Below, piece by piece: positions 39,953 through 51,570 of a stretch of 60,924 nucleotides of DNA. Origin of the DNA: Basidiobolus meristosporus CBS 931.73 (Eukaryota > Fungi > Basidiobolomycota); assembly GCA_002104905.1 (NCBI GenBank), contig MCFE01000536.1, positions 1 to 60,924 on the forward strand, given 5' to 3'. The notes under the pieces were generated by a model, which saw nothing but the letters and a program-made list of their open reading frames with translations, had not been told where the DNA came from and ran no database searches. How positions within the stretch are numbered: position 1 is the stretch's first letter; each line of letters opens with the position of its first letter. Position numbers and translations under genes: made by a program.

Positions 39953-41021
39953 TGTTGTAAGAGTCTTGGAGATATTGGAAGTGATTGGGAGGACAAGTAG
40001 ATTACATGGTTTTCACTTAATGATTCATTGAATGTAAAAGTAGTACTGATACTTTTAAATGGTCTTGACATAACAAACATGTAGAGTAGGTTAAGGAAGG
40101 TCCCAAGAACATGTGTGCAAAGTTTGGGGCTGTTTGGACAACTTGTCTAATTTTCATGTTCTGGGTAAATATTCTAAGTAAATCCCAACAAGGAATTTGG
40201 TCAGTATTCTCTAGGATTTGAAGGTAATGATCTAAGTGACTAGACTTGTTCCGTTGGATAGTGCCACATTGAGCCATGAGTGCCAAATAGTGCCATAGTG
40301 TGCCTGAGAGCCATAACAGACCTAAACTTGGCCACAGAGTGTGACATATATTTCTGCATATTCATGCAAAGCAGCCCCTGTGTTTCACCTACTGTGCAGG
40401 AGAAAATCAATTTTTTAACCTTTTTTTTGGGATCAAAATTGTGCATGACATAAAAGAGCACAGACAGACTGAAGATATGCATCTGGTACACAATACCCAT
40501 GGCACTCTAAATCTAGCCCCACAGGCTTGTAGCATGTCACAAAAATGCATGGCACTATCTTGGTCCACTGGTACTATCTGGCACTATAAGTGCTTTGTAT
40601 AGGTTCTACTTTAGGGCTAATATTTAAATATAGTGCCAGATAGTACCAGTGGACCAAGATAGTGCCATGCATTTTTGTGACATGCTACAAGCCTGTGGGG
40701 CTAGATTTAGAGTGCCATGGGTATTGTGTACCAGATGCATATCTTTAGTCTGTCTGTGCTCTTTTATATCATGCACAATTTTGATCCCAAAAAAAAGGTT
40801 AAAAAATTGATTTTCTCCTGCACCGTAGGTGAAACACAGGGGCTGCTTTGCATGAATATGAAGAACTCTATGCCACACTCTGTGGCCAAGTTTAGGTCTG
40901 CTATGACTCTCAGGCACACTATGGCACTATTTGGCACTCATGGCTCAATGTGGCACTATCCAACGGAACAAGTCTACTAAGTTAGGTGCATATTTAGGTG
41001 GAATTACAAATTTTTACAACA
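39953..41021 (-). mobile_element. Solo LTR A (about 332 bp net, interrupted by a foldback element)
   Basis: TGTTGTAA...TTACAACA ends; perfect 5-bp TSD AATAC (39948-39952 / 41022-41026). Confidence 0.92.
40242..40975. mobile_element. Foldback / MITE-like palindromic element, 734 bp, with arms of about 347 bp and a 40-bp spacer
   Basis: Ends AGACTTGTTCCGTTGG...CCAACGGAACAAGTCT; TSD ACT (40239-40241 / 40976-40978). The uninterrupted site aagtgACTaa(g/a)ttagg is seen in LTR B. Confidence 0.9.
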
Positions 41022-41039
41022 AATACAAGGTGCTGAAGC

Positions 41040-41370
41040 TGTTGTAAGAGTCTTGGAGATATTGGAAGTGATTGGGAGGACAGGTAGATATGTGGTTTTC
41101 ACTTAATGACATATTGAATGTAAAAGTAGTATTTATACTTTTACCTGGTCTTGGCATAACAAACACATAGAATAGGTCAAGGAAGGTCCCAAGAACATGT
41201 GTGCAAAGTTTGGGGCTGTTTGGACAACTTTGAGAATTTTCATGTTCTGGGTAAACATTCTAAGTAAATCCCAACAAGAATTTTGGTCAGTATTCTCTGG
41301 GATTTGAAGATGATGATCTAAGTGACTAAATTAGGTGAATATTTGGGTGGAAATACAATTTTTTACAACA
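41040..41370 (-). mobile_element. Solo LTR B (331 bp)
   Basis: TGTTGTAA...TTACAACA; TSD GAAGC/GAAAC; shares an 18-bp deletion with LTR A relative to the 58341 LTR. Confidence 0.9.
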
Positions 41371-41577
41371 GAAACTTGTCCATCAGGCTATTCAGGATGG
41401 TAACTATTACATCCTCATTGGTAGCTTGCACAGCCACTGATTCCACCTCCCTAACCAACATGATAAATCTATCAATTAGATTTCTTGTTTCACCTCCTGG
41501 GAGCATATTTGCTGCAAAATATTTTTGTCAAAGATACATCTTTATGGCTACTGATGGTGACTTGAAGGTTTCTACTA

Positions 41578-41923
41578 TGTTGTCAGAGTTTTGGAGATAT
41601 TGGAAGTTATTGGGAGAACACAAGAATGATGTGGTTTTCATTTAATGATTTATTTAATGTAAAAGTATTATACAAGTTATGCATAGTTTTGGCAAAAGCA
41701 ACACATAGAGTATGCTTAGGAAGGTCCCAAGAACATATGTGCATGGTCTTGAGCAGCTTGTATAGCTTTGAGAAATTTCATGCTTGGGTACCTAATGTTC
41801 TGGTGAAAAATGAAAAGTAAATCTCAACAAAGAATTTGGCCATAGTACCCTAAGAATTGTAGGTAATGATCAAAATGACTAAGTAAGGGGAATATGCAGG
41901 TGCAAATCTGAGCTTTTACATCA
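41578..41923 (-). mobile_element. Solo LTR C (346 bp, more diverged)
   Basis: TGTTGTCA...TTACATCA; degraded TSD TACTA/ATCTA; the gag relic aligns across it. Confidence 0.8.
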
Positions 41924-42245
41924 ATCTAATGCATGTGCAACAATCTGTGGCATTTTTGCTCTTGAGCATTGAATTAGCAATTTATCTGTAAATTTCCAGT
42001 AAAGTAGTGGTAGACAGTCCACAGAGTGACAGCTTGGGACTCATAACCTGTTCCAAGTGCTTTGGAGATATAGGCAATGATTGGTAGTACAAGCAGATTT
42101 TGTTGCTTCCCATAATGGTATATGGAATGTAATGGTAGTATTTATACTTTACATGTTCCTGGCAAAGTAGAGATATAGGGTATGCTGAGTAAGGTCTCAA
42201 GAACATGTATTCAGGTTCTTGGGCTGTTTGGACAGCTCACAAAAT

Positions 42246-42591
42246 TGTTGCAATATTCTGAGGAGTATTAGATGTGATGTGGAGAGCCAGAAGACTTATA
42301 TGTTATTCACATGTACATTTATTGATCAGAAGTATGGTATTTATTCTTTTGATGGAGAAAGACAAAAATCTGAGAGTTTGCTAGGGAAAGTCTCAATAAT
42401 ATGTGTGCAAATCTTCGGGTCTTTTGAACAGCTTGGAGAAAGGTCATAATTGGGGTATTTGATAATCTGGTGAAAGTATTCCAAGTAAATCCTAACAAGA
42501 GATTTGATCATGGCAGCATACCAATCACAAAGTAAGATTTATGTGACTAAGTTAGCATGAATATTCAGGTGACAACTTAATAATTGCAATA
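42246..42591 (-). mobile_element. Solo LTR E (subfamily 2), inserted in the host 5' LTR
   Basis: TGTTGCAA...TTGCAATA; TSD AAAAT/GAAAT; the host LTR resumes after it. Confidence 0.82.
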
Positions 42592-42737
42592 GAAATTTCA
42601 TTATCTGGGTACCAGATGTTTTAGTGAAAATATTCCAACTGAATCCCAACAAACTTGGTCAGAGTTCTCTAAGACTTATAGACTATAGTATAGGTGGCTC
42701 AGTTAGGTGAATAGCTAGTTGTAACTACCAAGCTTAC

Positions 42738-43085
42738 TGCTGTAATGATTAAGTTGTCACCTAAATATTTGTGCCAACTTAGTCACATAGATCTTATTCT
42801 TTAATTAGCATTCTGTCCTGACCAAATTTCTTGTCGGGATTTACTTAGAATATTTTCACCAAATTATCAGGTACCCATATTATGATCTTTCTCAAGTAGT
42901 CCAAAAGCCCCCAAACTTTGCACACATATTGTTCGGACCTTCCCTAATAAACTCCACACATTTGTTTGCTCTACTTTATCAACTGTATAAATGCCATACT
43001 TTTGATCAATAAAGCCACAAGTGAATAACATGTAAATCCTCTAGTTCTCCACATCACTTCCAATACTCCTCAGAATATTGCAACA
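42738..43085 (+). mobile_element. Solo LTR F (subfamily 2), inserted in the terminus of the host 5' LTR in opposite orientation
   Basis: TGCTGTAA...TTGCAACA, closely similar to the reverse complement of E. Removing it restores the host end ...GCTTACAACA; degraded TSD CTTAC/AATAC. Confidence 0.8.
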
Positions 43086-43333
43086 AATACAACAGCTTTC
43101 ACTTGATAATTTAATGCATCCATTATATTTACACAGCTGTATGATTTTAATTAAATTATTTTAGGTAGATACTTGCAAAGAGCCTGACTAAGATATTGTG
43201 TAAGCTCATGAGCTAGTAGCTAAACAAGTCATCTGAAGAATTAACTTGGTGTAAATATGTACCTCACAGCAGAAATTGCTTGGAAAACAGCAATTTCAAA
43301 AATTGACATTTTAGTACCAAATCAGAAGCAAAA

Positions 43334-43681
43334 TGTGCTCTAAACATTGAGCTTACATCCACACCATCCATATTATCTGCAACTCTACCCAGCTTATTGT
43401 CAAGTTGTGAGTTACATGCTTAGGATTTTGTTTGTACAATACAAGCTGATTCTTGGAATTATGAAGGCCTGGGAGTTATTAATATTCATGACCTGTCCAA
43501 CTGCCCCCAAACTTCGTCCACAGCTCTTGGGGACCTTTCTTAAGACAATGCTACCTTTAGTTCTGCAAGGTTCTCATAAGAGTAAAAATATCTTACTTGA
43601 ACTCAATGAACCACAGGTGAGTCTTATGCAATCCCTTTAGTTCTCCAAATCACTCCTAGTACTCCCTGGAATCCTGCAACA
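43334..43681 (+). mobile_element. Highly diverged solo LTR G
   Basis: About 348 bp, TGTG...CTGCAACA, with internal ccccaaacttcgtccacagctcttggggacctttc similar to the other LTRs; TSD not convincing. Confidence 0.6.
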
Positions 43682-46555
43682 AAATGTTTGTGCCAGCATT
43701 AGTTAGCTTAACCGTATTTGTCATACCTAGTGCCCATTTCTATCAGCTATATCTGCTAAGTAGCTCAGCTACTATAATTGCTGTTTGTAAGGTATAAATT
43801 TACTACAGAAAGCATATTGTTCCATAAATAAGTTCTTATTTGGTGTCACTTGGACAATTGCTGTTCACTCCGGACAGAGCAGTACCAATTCCAATATAAC
43901 CCAGCCCTGTTAGTCGAGTTGGACCCAATGCGCATAAGCGTGATATATAAGATTCAGCAAACACACATGCACTTCGATCTTTTCGCCTCAGTGTTGATAG
44001 CGCATTGCTTTAAATAGGCAATGGGGCACTGGGCCACTAATTATTCGGAATCGCACTGCCAAATCACCGTGCTCATCTGGTTCCACCCGACACGCTGATG
44101 AGATAACACATTTATAATCGCAGTCGCTCGTCACCCAAAAAGTCCGACTTCAACCCATTGAGGTCATGATATTTTGGACGAACTCCAATAATAGCCGCAG
44201 ACACTGCTGCATATATACTCAGCCAGTCATACTTACTAACTTCAGTGATCCAGAAATTTTCCAAAACGTTTGGAGATTTCTGGAGACCAATAACCTCGTT
44301 ACGAGAATAGATGCACCGACACCCACCAAGCAGAAATAGCCCATCTAGGACCATAGAACCCTGGGAAGTATAACGCTCTCGAATGAGAGTGAGGGTGCCT
44401 GGTGAATATACTTGATCTGCTACCGCTTGAAACCTAGAGAATATCAAAATACGCTGGTAAACCAATATCAAGACGGGCTTGGGATTTAAGCATAGAGAAA
44501 AAGCAAAATAGCCTAACGAACCCAATCCCATCGAAATAATTTGATAATGATATTACCCATTGTATTGGTAACAATCTAACGCCTTCTTCGCCCATTTTAG
44601 TAGGTGCAAGTTAGAACTCTGTTCTGGAACCAAAGATGGCATAAATGGACAAGTCAAAATGCAGTAGATACATGAAAGAGGATATCCCAGCCCATATTTG
44701 TAAACATCATGAATTCCTTCATCTTCGCACCCCAAGCACCCAAGTTCTGATTACCTTTTATGTGCGTGACATCGATTTAGCAATGATCTCAGCAGCATCA
44801 TACCTTTCTGGCTCTCTTGTTTGAGTTGCTGGCTGTGGGCATTTAACTGGCAAACTGAGTGATATACGACAACATGTACCAGGCAACCAGTTGGAGGACA
44901 ACGAGGCAAGGGCGTTGGACAGCACCTACTGTAGATATTGGTTTCTTGTTGAGCCAGCCAAGCGATTTTCCTTTGCTGCCCCTTTTCGATCTGAAGCTCC
45001 AAGTGAATGAAGCGTCAATTTATGTTAACCAGCAACCAACCACATGCCGCCCAGACACTACACATATCAACTGACCGTATTTCAATCTTGTGCCTTTCCA
45101 CAGATACGCTAAAAGTGCTAGCAATGCAATCACCCTTAAGTACATAACCAATCGCCGGGAGCATCAATCGACACCAGCCATATGTAGTCTCAAATTGGTG
45201 TGTTCTCGGACCCTGGTCACCTCTCGATACCCCGCCCTTCTAGCCCGGTACTAGGGTGCGTTGCCCCGTCGAGGGCCCAATGAGCGATACCCTTGGCACC
45301 CAGTAGCCGCAAAGTGCCCAGCAATACCATCGTCTGAGCTCCACATGGGTTGCTTGGTGTTGTAACAGGCAGATAGGTCAATGTGGGTGGAGCATGCGGA
45401 TACTCCACGCCCATTGGACTATCATTGCACTAGTGCAGAATCAGCACCCTGGTTAAATTCCCACCATCAATGCAATTCACGTCAGCTGGGGAGATTCTAC
45501 ACCTCGTAACTGAGCTAACAAATAAACCTGCCTCACTCGGAGTTATGGTGCTCGAGATAATCTCAGCAAGTGCCACAGGCGGATGCGTCATTCTAAGCCA
45601 GCAACCAGTGTCTGGCGAAACAACCCATTTTAACTGGAACTCGCATCCACCAAAGGTTTCAGAAAAATAGAACTAAACTCACAATAGCGAGGTATCAACT
45701 AGATTGGAATTCACAATGTTCCACCAAGAGGAAGGCCAGTGGATGCCTATCAACCAGGGAAATCACGTGCCGTCCTGGATTATACCAGCAGAGGGCTGGC
45801 TCTAAATTCATTAAGCGACATTCAGCTGCTCAAATGGCTCCAAATGTAACACCCAAAAAAGGTTCGTGTTCGTCGCTACAAGAGCATGCTTATCAGAGTA
45901 CAGTGTTCCGGTAAGTTCGCTATCAATGTAGTCTCCCCGGTTTATTTCGAGGCGGTAGTGGTCGTTCATTGATAACAGAATGGCCCTTTTCGAGCTCGTT
46001 ATCTAAGGCCGCTCTGCACGAATCAGATCGGTTTCGCCTATCTATTCGGTGGAAAAAAAAAGCTCACATCACCATTTGTCATACCAAAAATCTATCCTTT
46101 TGCTATCACTATTATTACATCAACATAATTTCGGCTGATTGATTTGGACATACATCAACGGCACCTCGTGTAATATTTGACTACAGGAAGGTCACTTTAG
46201 TAATCGTAGAAAATTAATCATTGTGACTTATTTTGATGGGCTGTTTCATATTCTCGCCACGCGAAATCTTTCCAGAATTCATCTCGCTCGTATCAAGCTC
46301 ATACAATTAGTAATCCCCAACTTGTGTGTTATTTACAAATAATCGCTTATGGGTGGTTACCGTGTCCTCGAGCATTTTCCGCTTTGGTGCTCGATTTTGG
46401 CATGACGTACTCCAGACCGCCACTTGATTGGGGGATATTTTGGTCCAGCTTCATCTTGATTCAAGGACTATAAATTTCCGCCGAAGCGCCCTCAACCTTA
46501 TTCTTCCCCCTTCTCTAGTTATTTGGTAGTGCCTTGTAACAGGTCAAGTTTCAAT

Positions 46556-48868
46556 ATGAGTCAATCTAGAGTTCAAGCGATCATGAACAGTGTTCACAGA
46601 CCTTCTCGTAAGGTCGAGTACCCCACCACCAACGGAAGAGGAATTTATCCTTCCGAATTCTATGGACAAAATGTGTTGACTCTTAAGGCTTTGTCCAAAG
46701 CTTTGCCCAAGCCAATCTTCGGCCAATTCCTCAAGCAAGTCAGAGGCCGCCAACATCTGGACAAAGTCACTGCCGATGCAGTTGCACATGCTGCTCGTGT
46801 GTGGGCCATGGAGAGGGGTGCTACCCACTACTCCCACTGGTTCCAACCTCAAACTGGCACTACTGCTGAGAAGCATGATTCTTTCCTGACCTTGAGAACT
46901 GGTCCTGCCGATGAGGTAAGACGTTCCTGCTCCCTTCCTCAATGACTTTCTATCTAATCATTCATTTCATAGGTCTTCGCTGTCGAGGCCCTCTCTGGTT
47001 CCCAACTTCTTCAATCCGAGCCCGATGCCTCTAGTTTCCCCTCCGGTGGTATGAGAACCACCTTCGAAGCTCGTGGTTATACCGTGTGGGATACCACCAG
47101 CCCCATGTTCATTCAACCAGGTCCTCACAATACCTCCGTTTTGTATATCCCATCTGTGTTCATTTCATACAATGGTGATGCCCTTGATGAGAAGACCGTT
47201 CTACTTCGCTCTTGTGAAGCAGTCTCCAAGGCTGCTTCCAGATTGTTAAATCTTCTCCAACCCGTTCCTGCTGGTGTCCCACCTCTCGTAAATCGCGTAC
47301 ACACCACCCTTGGTACCGAGCAAGAATTCTTCCTTGTTGATCGTGCCCTCTACGCACTCCGTCCTGATTTGAAGACCTGCGGACGTACTCTTATCGGCAA
47401 CCTTCCTCCCAAGCACCAACAAATGGAGGATCACTACTTCGGTAGAATGCCTACTCGCGTCTTGGCCGCTATCAGTGAGGTCGAATTGGAGCTTACCAAG
47501 CTTGGAATTCCCATCAAAACTCGTCACAACGAGGTTGCTCCTGCTCAATTCGAGGTTGCTCCTATCTTCGAGGAAGCTGTTGTTGCTGTCGATCACAATC
47601 TCGTTACCATGGAAGTTATTCATAAGGTTGCTCACAAGCACAATTTGAAGGTCTTGTATCACGAGAAGCCTTTCAAGGGTGTCAACGGATCCGGAAAGCA
47701 CTGTAACTGGGCTTTGTCCACTGATCGTGGTGAGAATCTTCTTGACCCTACTGTTAAGCCTGAAACCAACTACCGCTTCTTGTTGTTCTTGCTTGCTACC
47801 CTTCACGCTGTCCACAAGCACGGTGGCCTTCTTCGTGCTTCTATTGCCAGTGCTGCCAATGACCACCGTCTTGGTGCCGCCGAGGCTCCTCCAGGCATTG
47901 TTTCGGCTTTCCTTGGCGAGCACTTGAACGAAGTTTTGAACTCTATCGAGGAATCCCGCCCAGTCAAAACCTTCTCTCAACCTCATATCCAATCTATTAA
48001 GGTTGGCGGAACCGTCCTTGATGTCAAGGTCGCCTCCCTTCCAAATATCTCCCGCGATTTGACCGATCGTAACCGTACTTCTCCCTTCGCTTTCACTGGC
48101 AACAAATTCGAATTCCGTGCCGTTGGTTCTAAGCAATCACCTGCTTTCCCCGTCACTGTGCTTAACGCTGCTGTTGCTTCTGCTTTGGAAGACATCACCG
48201 AAGCCCTTTTGAAACAAAAGGGAACCAAGGATTTCGTTACCGATGCCGATAAGGTTGCCGTCATCAAGCAATTCATCACTTCAACCAAGCCTATCCGTTT
48301 CGAAGGTGACAACTATTCTGAGGCTTGGGCTCAGGAAGCTGAGAAGCGTGGTCTCCCCAATATCCGCAGCTCCGTCGAAGCTTTCAACCAATTGCGTCTT
48401 GATTCTCACAGAGACATGTTGATCAAGACTACTGGCGTCTTTACCGAATCCGAGTTGAACTCTAGATACCATATTCTCAACGAAAGATACTCCAAGGATG
48501 TGATCATGGAAGCCAATACCCTACGCACAATGGTCCAACAACAAGTGCTCCCCGCTGCTTATGAATACAGAAAGGAGCTTGCCACTTCTGCTGCCGCCAT
48601 GGCTGCCATCAATGTTGCTAGCGAGCCTGAGGTTTCACTCTTGAACCGCTTGAGCCCCATCCTTACTGACCTCCAATTGGAAAATGAAAATCTCCTTAAC
48701 CAAGTCGAGAAGGTCATGAACATGGAGCATGAAGAGCAACCTCAAGCCACCAGTGAAGTTATTGTACCACTTGTTGACCGCGTCCGTCAATTGTCCGACC
48801 AATTGGAGGATTTGGTTGCCGACAAGTACTGGCCTCTTCCCAAGAACACCGAGCTATTATTCTTCTAA
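46556..48868 (+). CDS. glnN-like: Glutamine synthetase type III (GlnN/GSIII), 2 exons, about 751 aa
   Basis: GATHYSHWFQP.TG.TAEKHDSF; intron 46916-46972; EPDASSFPSGGMRTTFEARGYT.WD.TSP; GTEQEFFL; HNEVAPAQFE; EKPFKGVNGSGKHCNW; NDHRLGA.EAPP; DRNRTSPFAFTGNKFEFRAVGS. Strong codon bias. Confidence 0.95.
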
Positions 48869-49934
48869 GTTGCTCGTTCTAATTGTACTTCTGTTCTCCA
48901 TTGTTACATCGTACCATTTTTCCATGTCTACATCCCTTGTTTTGCTCACTCCCCCATACCGAACTGCATACCTCTTTGTTAAGTTGATCCCATTATTGCA
49001 AATTCCATAGAAAATATAAATCGAAGGTTAATTACAATTTGACTACATTTGTATATTGGCACTGCTATAAAGGAGTTGAACGGTTAGTGACATATATATT
49101 GATCACGTATACATTGGTGCAATCTGGTCTGAATACCCGGCGTCCAGAAGCTGGAGAAGCATGTTTGCAGTTCTTCGCCTTTTGGGCTGGTGAACTCATA
49201 GTAAGACCCGAATGACGGCGCATTTTCCAAGATCACTTACAGCACAGCCACTACATCTCTGCGGATCTGCCATGAAGAAAAACACATGACCTCGCTACGT
49301 CCCTGGTTGACCCACCCTCCCAGGTTCGTATGATTGCGATTGCTGTGTGCCCTTTGTGTAGGTTCAAAAATTCATTAAAAACACATGCATATGGTAGGAC
49401 AATAATTTGGAGTTTCATGATATTGCTGTATTGTTAAATCCGTACGTCACATGTGGAAAATGATTGGAATTCTGCAAGTCCATAATCGGAATTCCTGACG
49501 ACTATGTTGATTTAAATATTTTCTTGCGTTGGTGATTGGCTCCAGAATACACCAGGTTCATGTTTCTAGAATTAAATATATGGCTTGATATAAGGTTTAA
49601 TAGGGATTGAGACAAGGTTTATGTCGGGATAAAGTGGCTTCCCCTACTTTTCAGCCAAGATTACACCTTGTTTCCTTACTACTTTTTAGAGTGTTATATC
49701 GTTGCAGCCTTCTCCTGTCCAGCCATCATTCCGTAGTGTTTGAAGAGGGTGTATTTAATATCGGTACTACTACTTCAAAAGAAAACTCGCCTCTTATAAC
49801 TGTAAATACGCCCGCCGATTGAGTGAATGGTCAATTGGCTTACTGGAACTCGGCCGTTTTATTCCCTTCCTTGGTTATCTCCACTATAGTTTTTTGATAG
49901 TTGTATCTTGCACCCATTTCCCCAGTATTCAGAG

Positions 49935-51500
49935 ATGGTCATTAAGAAGAAGGTTAAGTTGTTGGGCACTTTAGAGATCAGACCTTGCAAAGGCAGAGAT
50001 TTGAGGGTGGTTCAGAAAATCGGAAAGCAAGACCCTTTTCTTCAGTTCGAACTTGGAAACACACGCAAACGAACCAAAGCGGACAAAAACGGCGGCCAAA
50101 AACCCACGTGGAACGAGCGCATTTCTTTCGAAGTGCCAGAAGGGGTGCACAAGGTGGCAGTCAAATGCTATGATCAGAATCTTAGAGAGCATGCCTTCAT
50201 TGGGGAGAGAGAGATCGACTTTAGCCCCGCCATAACATATTATCAACTTGACAGTAATGGCAATCGCGATATTTAGCCCCCTTGAGGTTCAGTGTTCGCT
50301 AATTGCTTGGTTTCCGTTTTAGATTGGTTCGAGTTGAAGGACAAAGGGGACCCAGCCGGTGAAGTATACTTAGAGTTTACTTTCTTTCCAGTGGTAAGTT
50401 CAACACCTCTTTATCGTACAGAGAATCACTCTACGCACACACACACACACACACACCATGTTCCCAATGCAGATGGCATTAACGACCTTTTATGCGTTAC
50501 TAGGATGGCCAAAAAAATCCACCACCATTACCATATGCATCCTCACCAGTGGCTAACAAAACGGGGGTACCAGTAGTCCCGCCGAATGCTCTCACGGCAG
50601 CTACACCAACAAGTGCCTTGAACAACCAAAAGGCTCAGGCCTCGCCGAAGTCGAAGGTCTCACCAGAGGGTACACCAAAGCAATCCGGATCGCCTATCCA
50701 TAACCCAGAATATGGAGGGCCAAAACGTAACAACGGTCAACCTCTCCCAGCAAACAACAAGTTAGACTCTGATAGACCCAGTTCATCCTTGGGTGATTCC
50801 ACCCCTCATATCGGCTCTGCAGGCCCTAGCGCAAAGCCTCTTCCAAACATTCCTCCCTCAAGCAGATCGAATAGCATATATTCATCCACCACACCGTCGC
50901 AAAATGGGTCTCCACAACCGGCCCGTCGCAATCCCGACAGCTCTGAACACGCCGAGCAAAGCAACCGAGCCTCGCAGTACTCTCAGGTAAGGTGGAGTTT
51001 GGAGAGTGATGCTGTATACTTTGGAATTCAGATGTTTGTACTTGTAGGCGCCTTCATTCACTACACCTTATCCACCTTATCCCTATCCTATGTCTCCAGT
51101 AAGTAGAGGAGCATGCCGTGTATATAACCTTGGGGCTAACTCGTCTCTGTAGGACCAAAGCATGTATTTGCCGGGGCATTATTATCCTTCTGAGCCATAT
51201 GCCTATGGATACCCACCTGCACCGGGCACACCGTTCCCACCAATATGCCCGGATCCGGCAGTCTTTGCTGGGTATCCCATCCCTGAGGGATATATGCCAC
51301 CATATCCAGATATGCCTGTGTATGATCCAAGCTTGTTTCCAGATCATTTCCCAATGCCTGAAGAGTTTGTGCCGCCCATGGGGGTGTACTGTGACGAGTA
51401 TGGAGTTCCTTTGCCGCCACCGCCGATGGATTTCATGCCCTATCCAGCCATGGTGCCTCCCGGCTGCTACGTTCATCCTGAAGAAGAGAAGCAAAAGTAG
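49935..51500 (+). CDS. C2-domain protein with a Pro-rich tail (Inn1/Fic1-like), 4 exons
   Basis: C2 motifs IGKQDPF..TKADKNGGQKPTWNE..FEV..CYD..FIGE; spliced NWFELKDKGDPAGEVYLEFTF; PxxP/PY-rich C-terminal exons. Confidence 0.8.
50436..50455. repeat. (CA)10 microsatellite in an intron of the C2 gene
   Basis: Direct read: cacacacacacacacacaca. Confidence 0.95.
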
Positions 51501-51527
51501 CCTATCGGCAGGTAGGTTATGTTGACG

Positions 51528-51570
51528 CAGCCCCAGCCCCAGCCCCAGCCCTAGCTCCAGCTCCAGTTCC
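51528..51570. repeat. (CAGCCC/CAGCTC)n hexamer repeat, 3' of the C2 gene
   Basis: cagccccagccccagccccagccctagctccagctccagttcc. Confidence 0.85.

Larger units (their letters stand above)
39860..43094 (-). mobile_element. Old Ty5/copia-like relic: 5' LTR (43094-42049, interrupted), PBS (42048-42037) and degenerate gag, broken by five solo LTRs
   Basis: Removing the insertions restores a gag frame ...DVIVTILNSLMDKFQHLV..ES.T...GRLLHEELRKS that aligns with the gag at 58694-59300. PBS GGTTATGAGTCC follows the LTR end. Confidence 0.88.

Noticed and set aside
40240-40980. Two near-identical 86/87-aa ORFs on opposite strands (MGIVYQMH...)
   Set aside because: They are mirror images created by the foldback palindrome; no evidence of coding.
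38700-43700. Repeated aaactttgcacacat...ggaccttcc blocks as a CRISPR-like or tandem array
   Set aside because: They are internal segments of dispersed LTR copies in a eukaryotic genome, with no repeat-spacer periodicity.
44112-44735. Two same-frame minus-strand ORFs separated by one stop
   Set aside because: No family motif recognised; cannot distinguish a pseudogene from chance.
45880-46010. GATA(A) sites upstream of GSIII (and one upstream of the NR-like gene) as AreA/Nit2 elements
   Set aside because: Too few and too short to exceed chance expectation.
47246-48136. 296-aa minus-strand ORF
   Set aside because: Antisense shadow of the codon-biased GSIII gene; no recognisable motifs.
13486-48868. 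NR-like gene and GSIII as a nitrogen-assimilation cluster
   Set aside because: They are about 30 kb apart, with many unrelated genes and a TE island between them.
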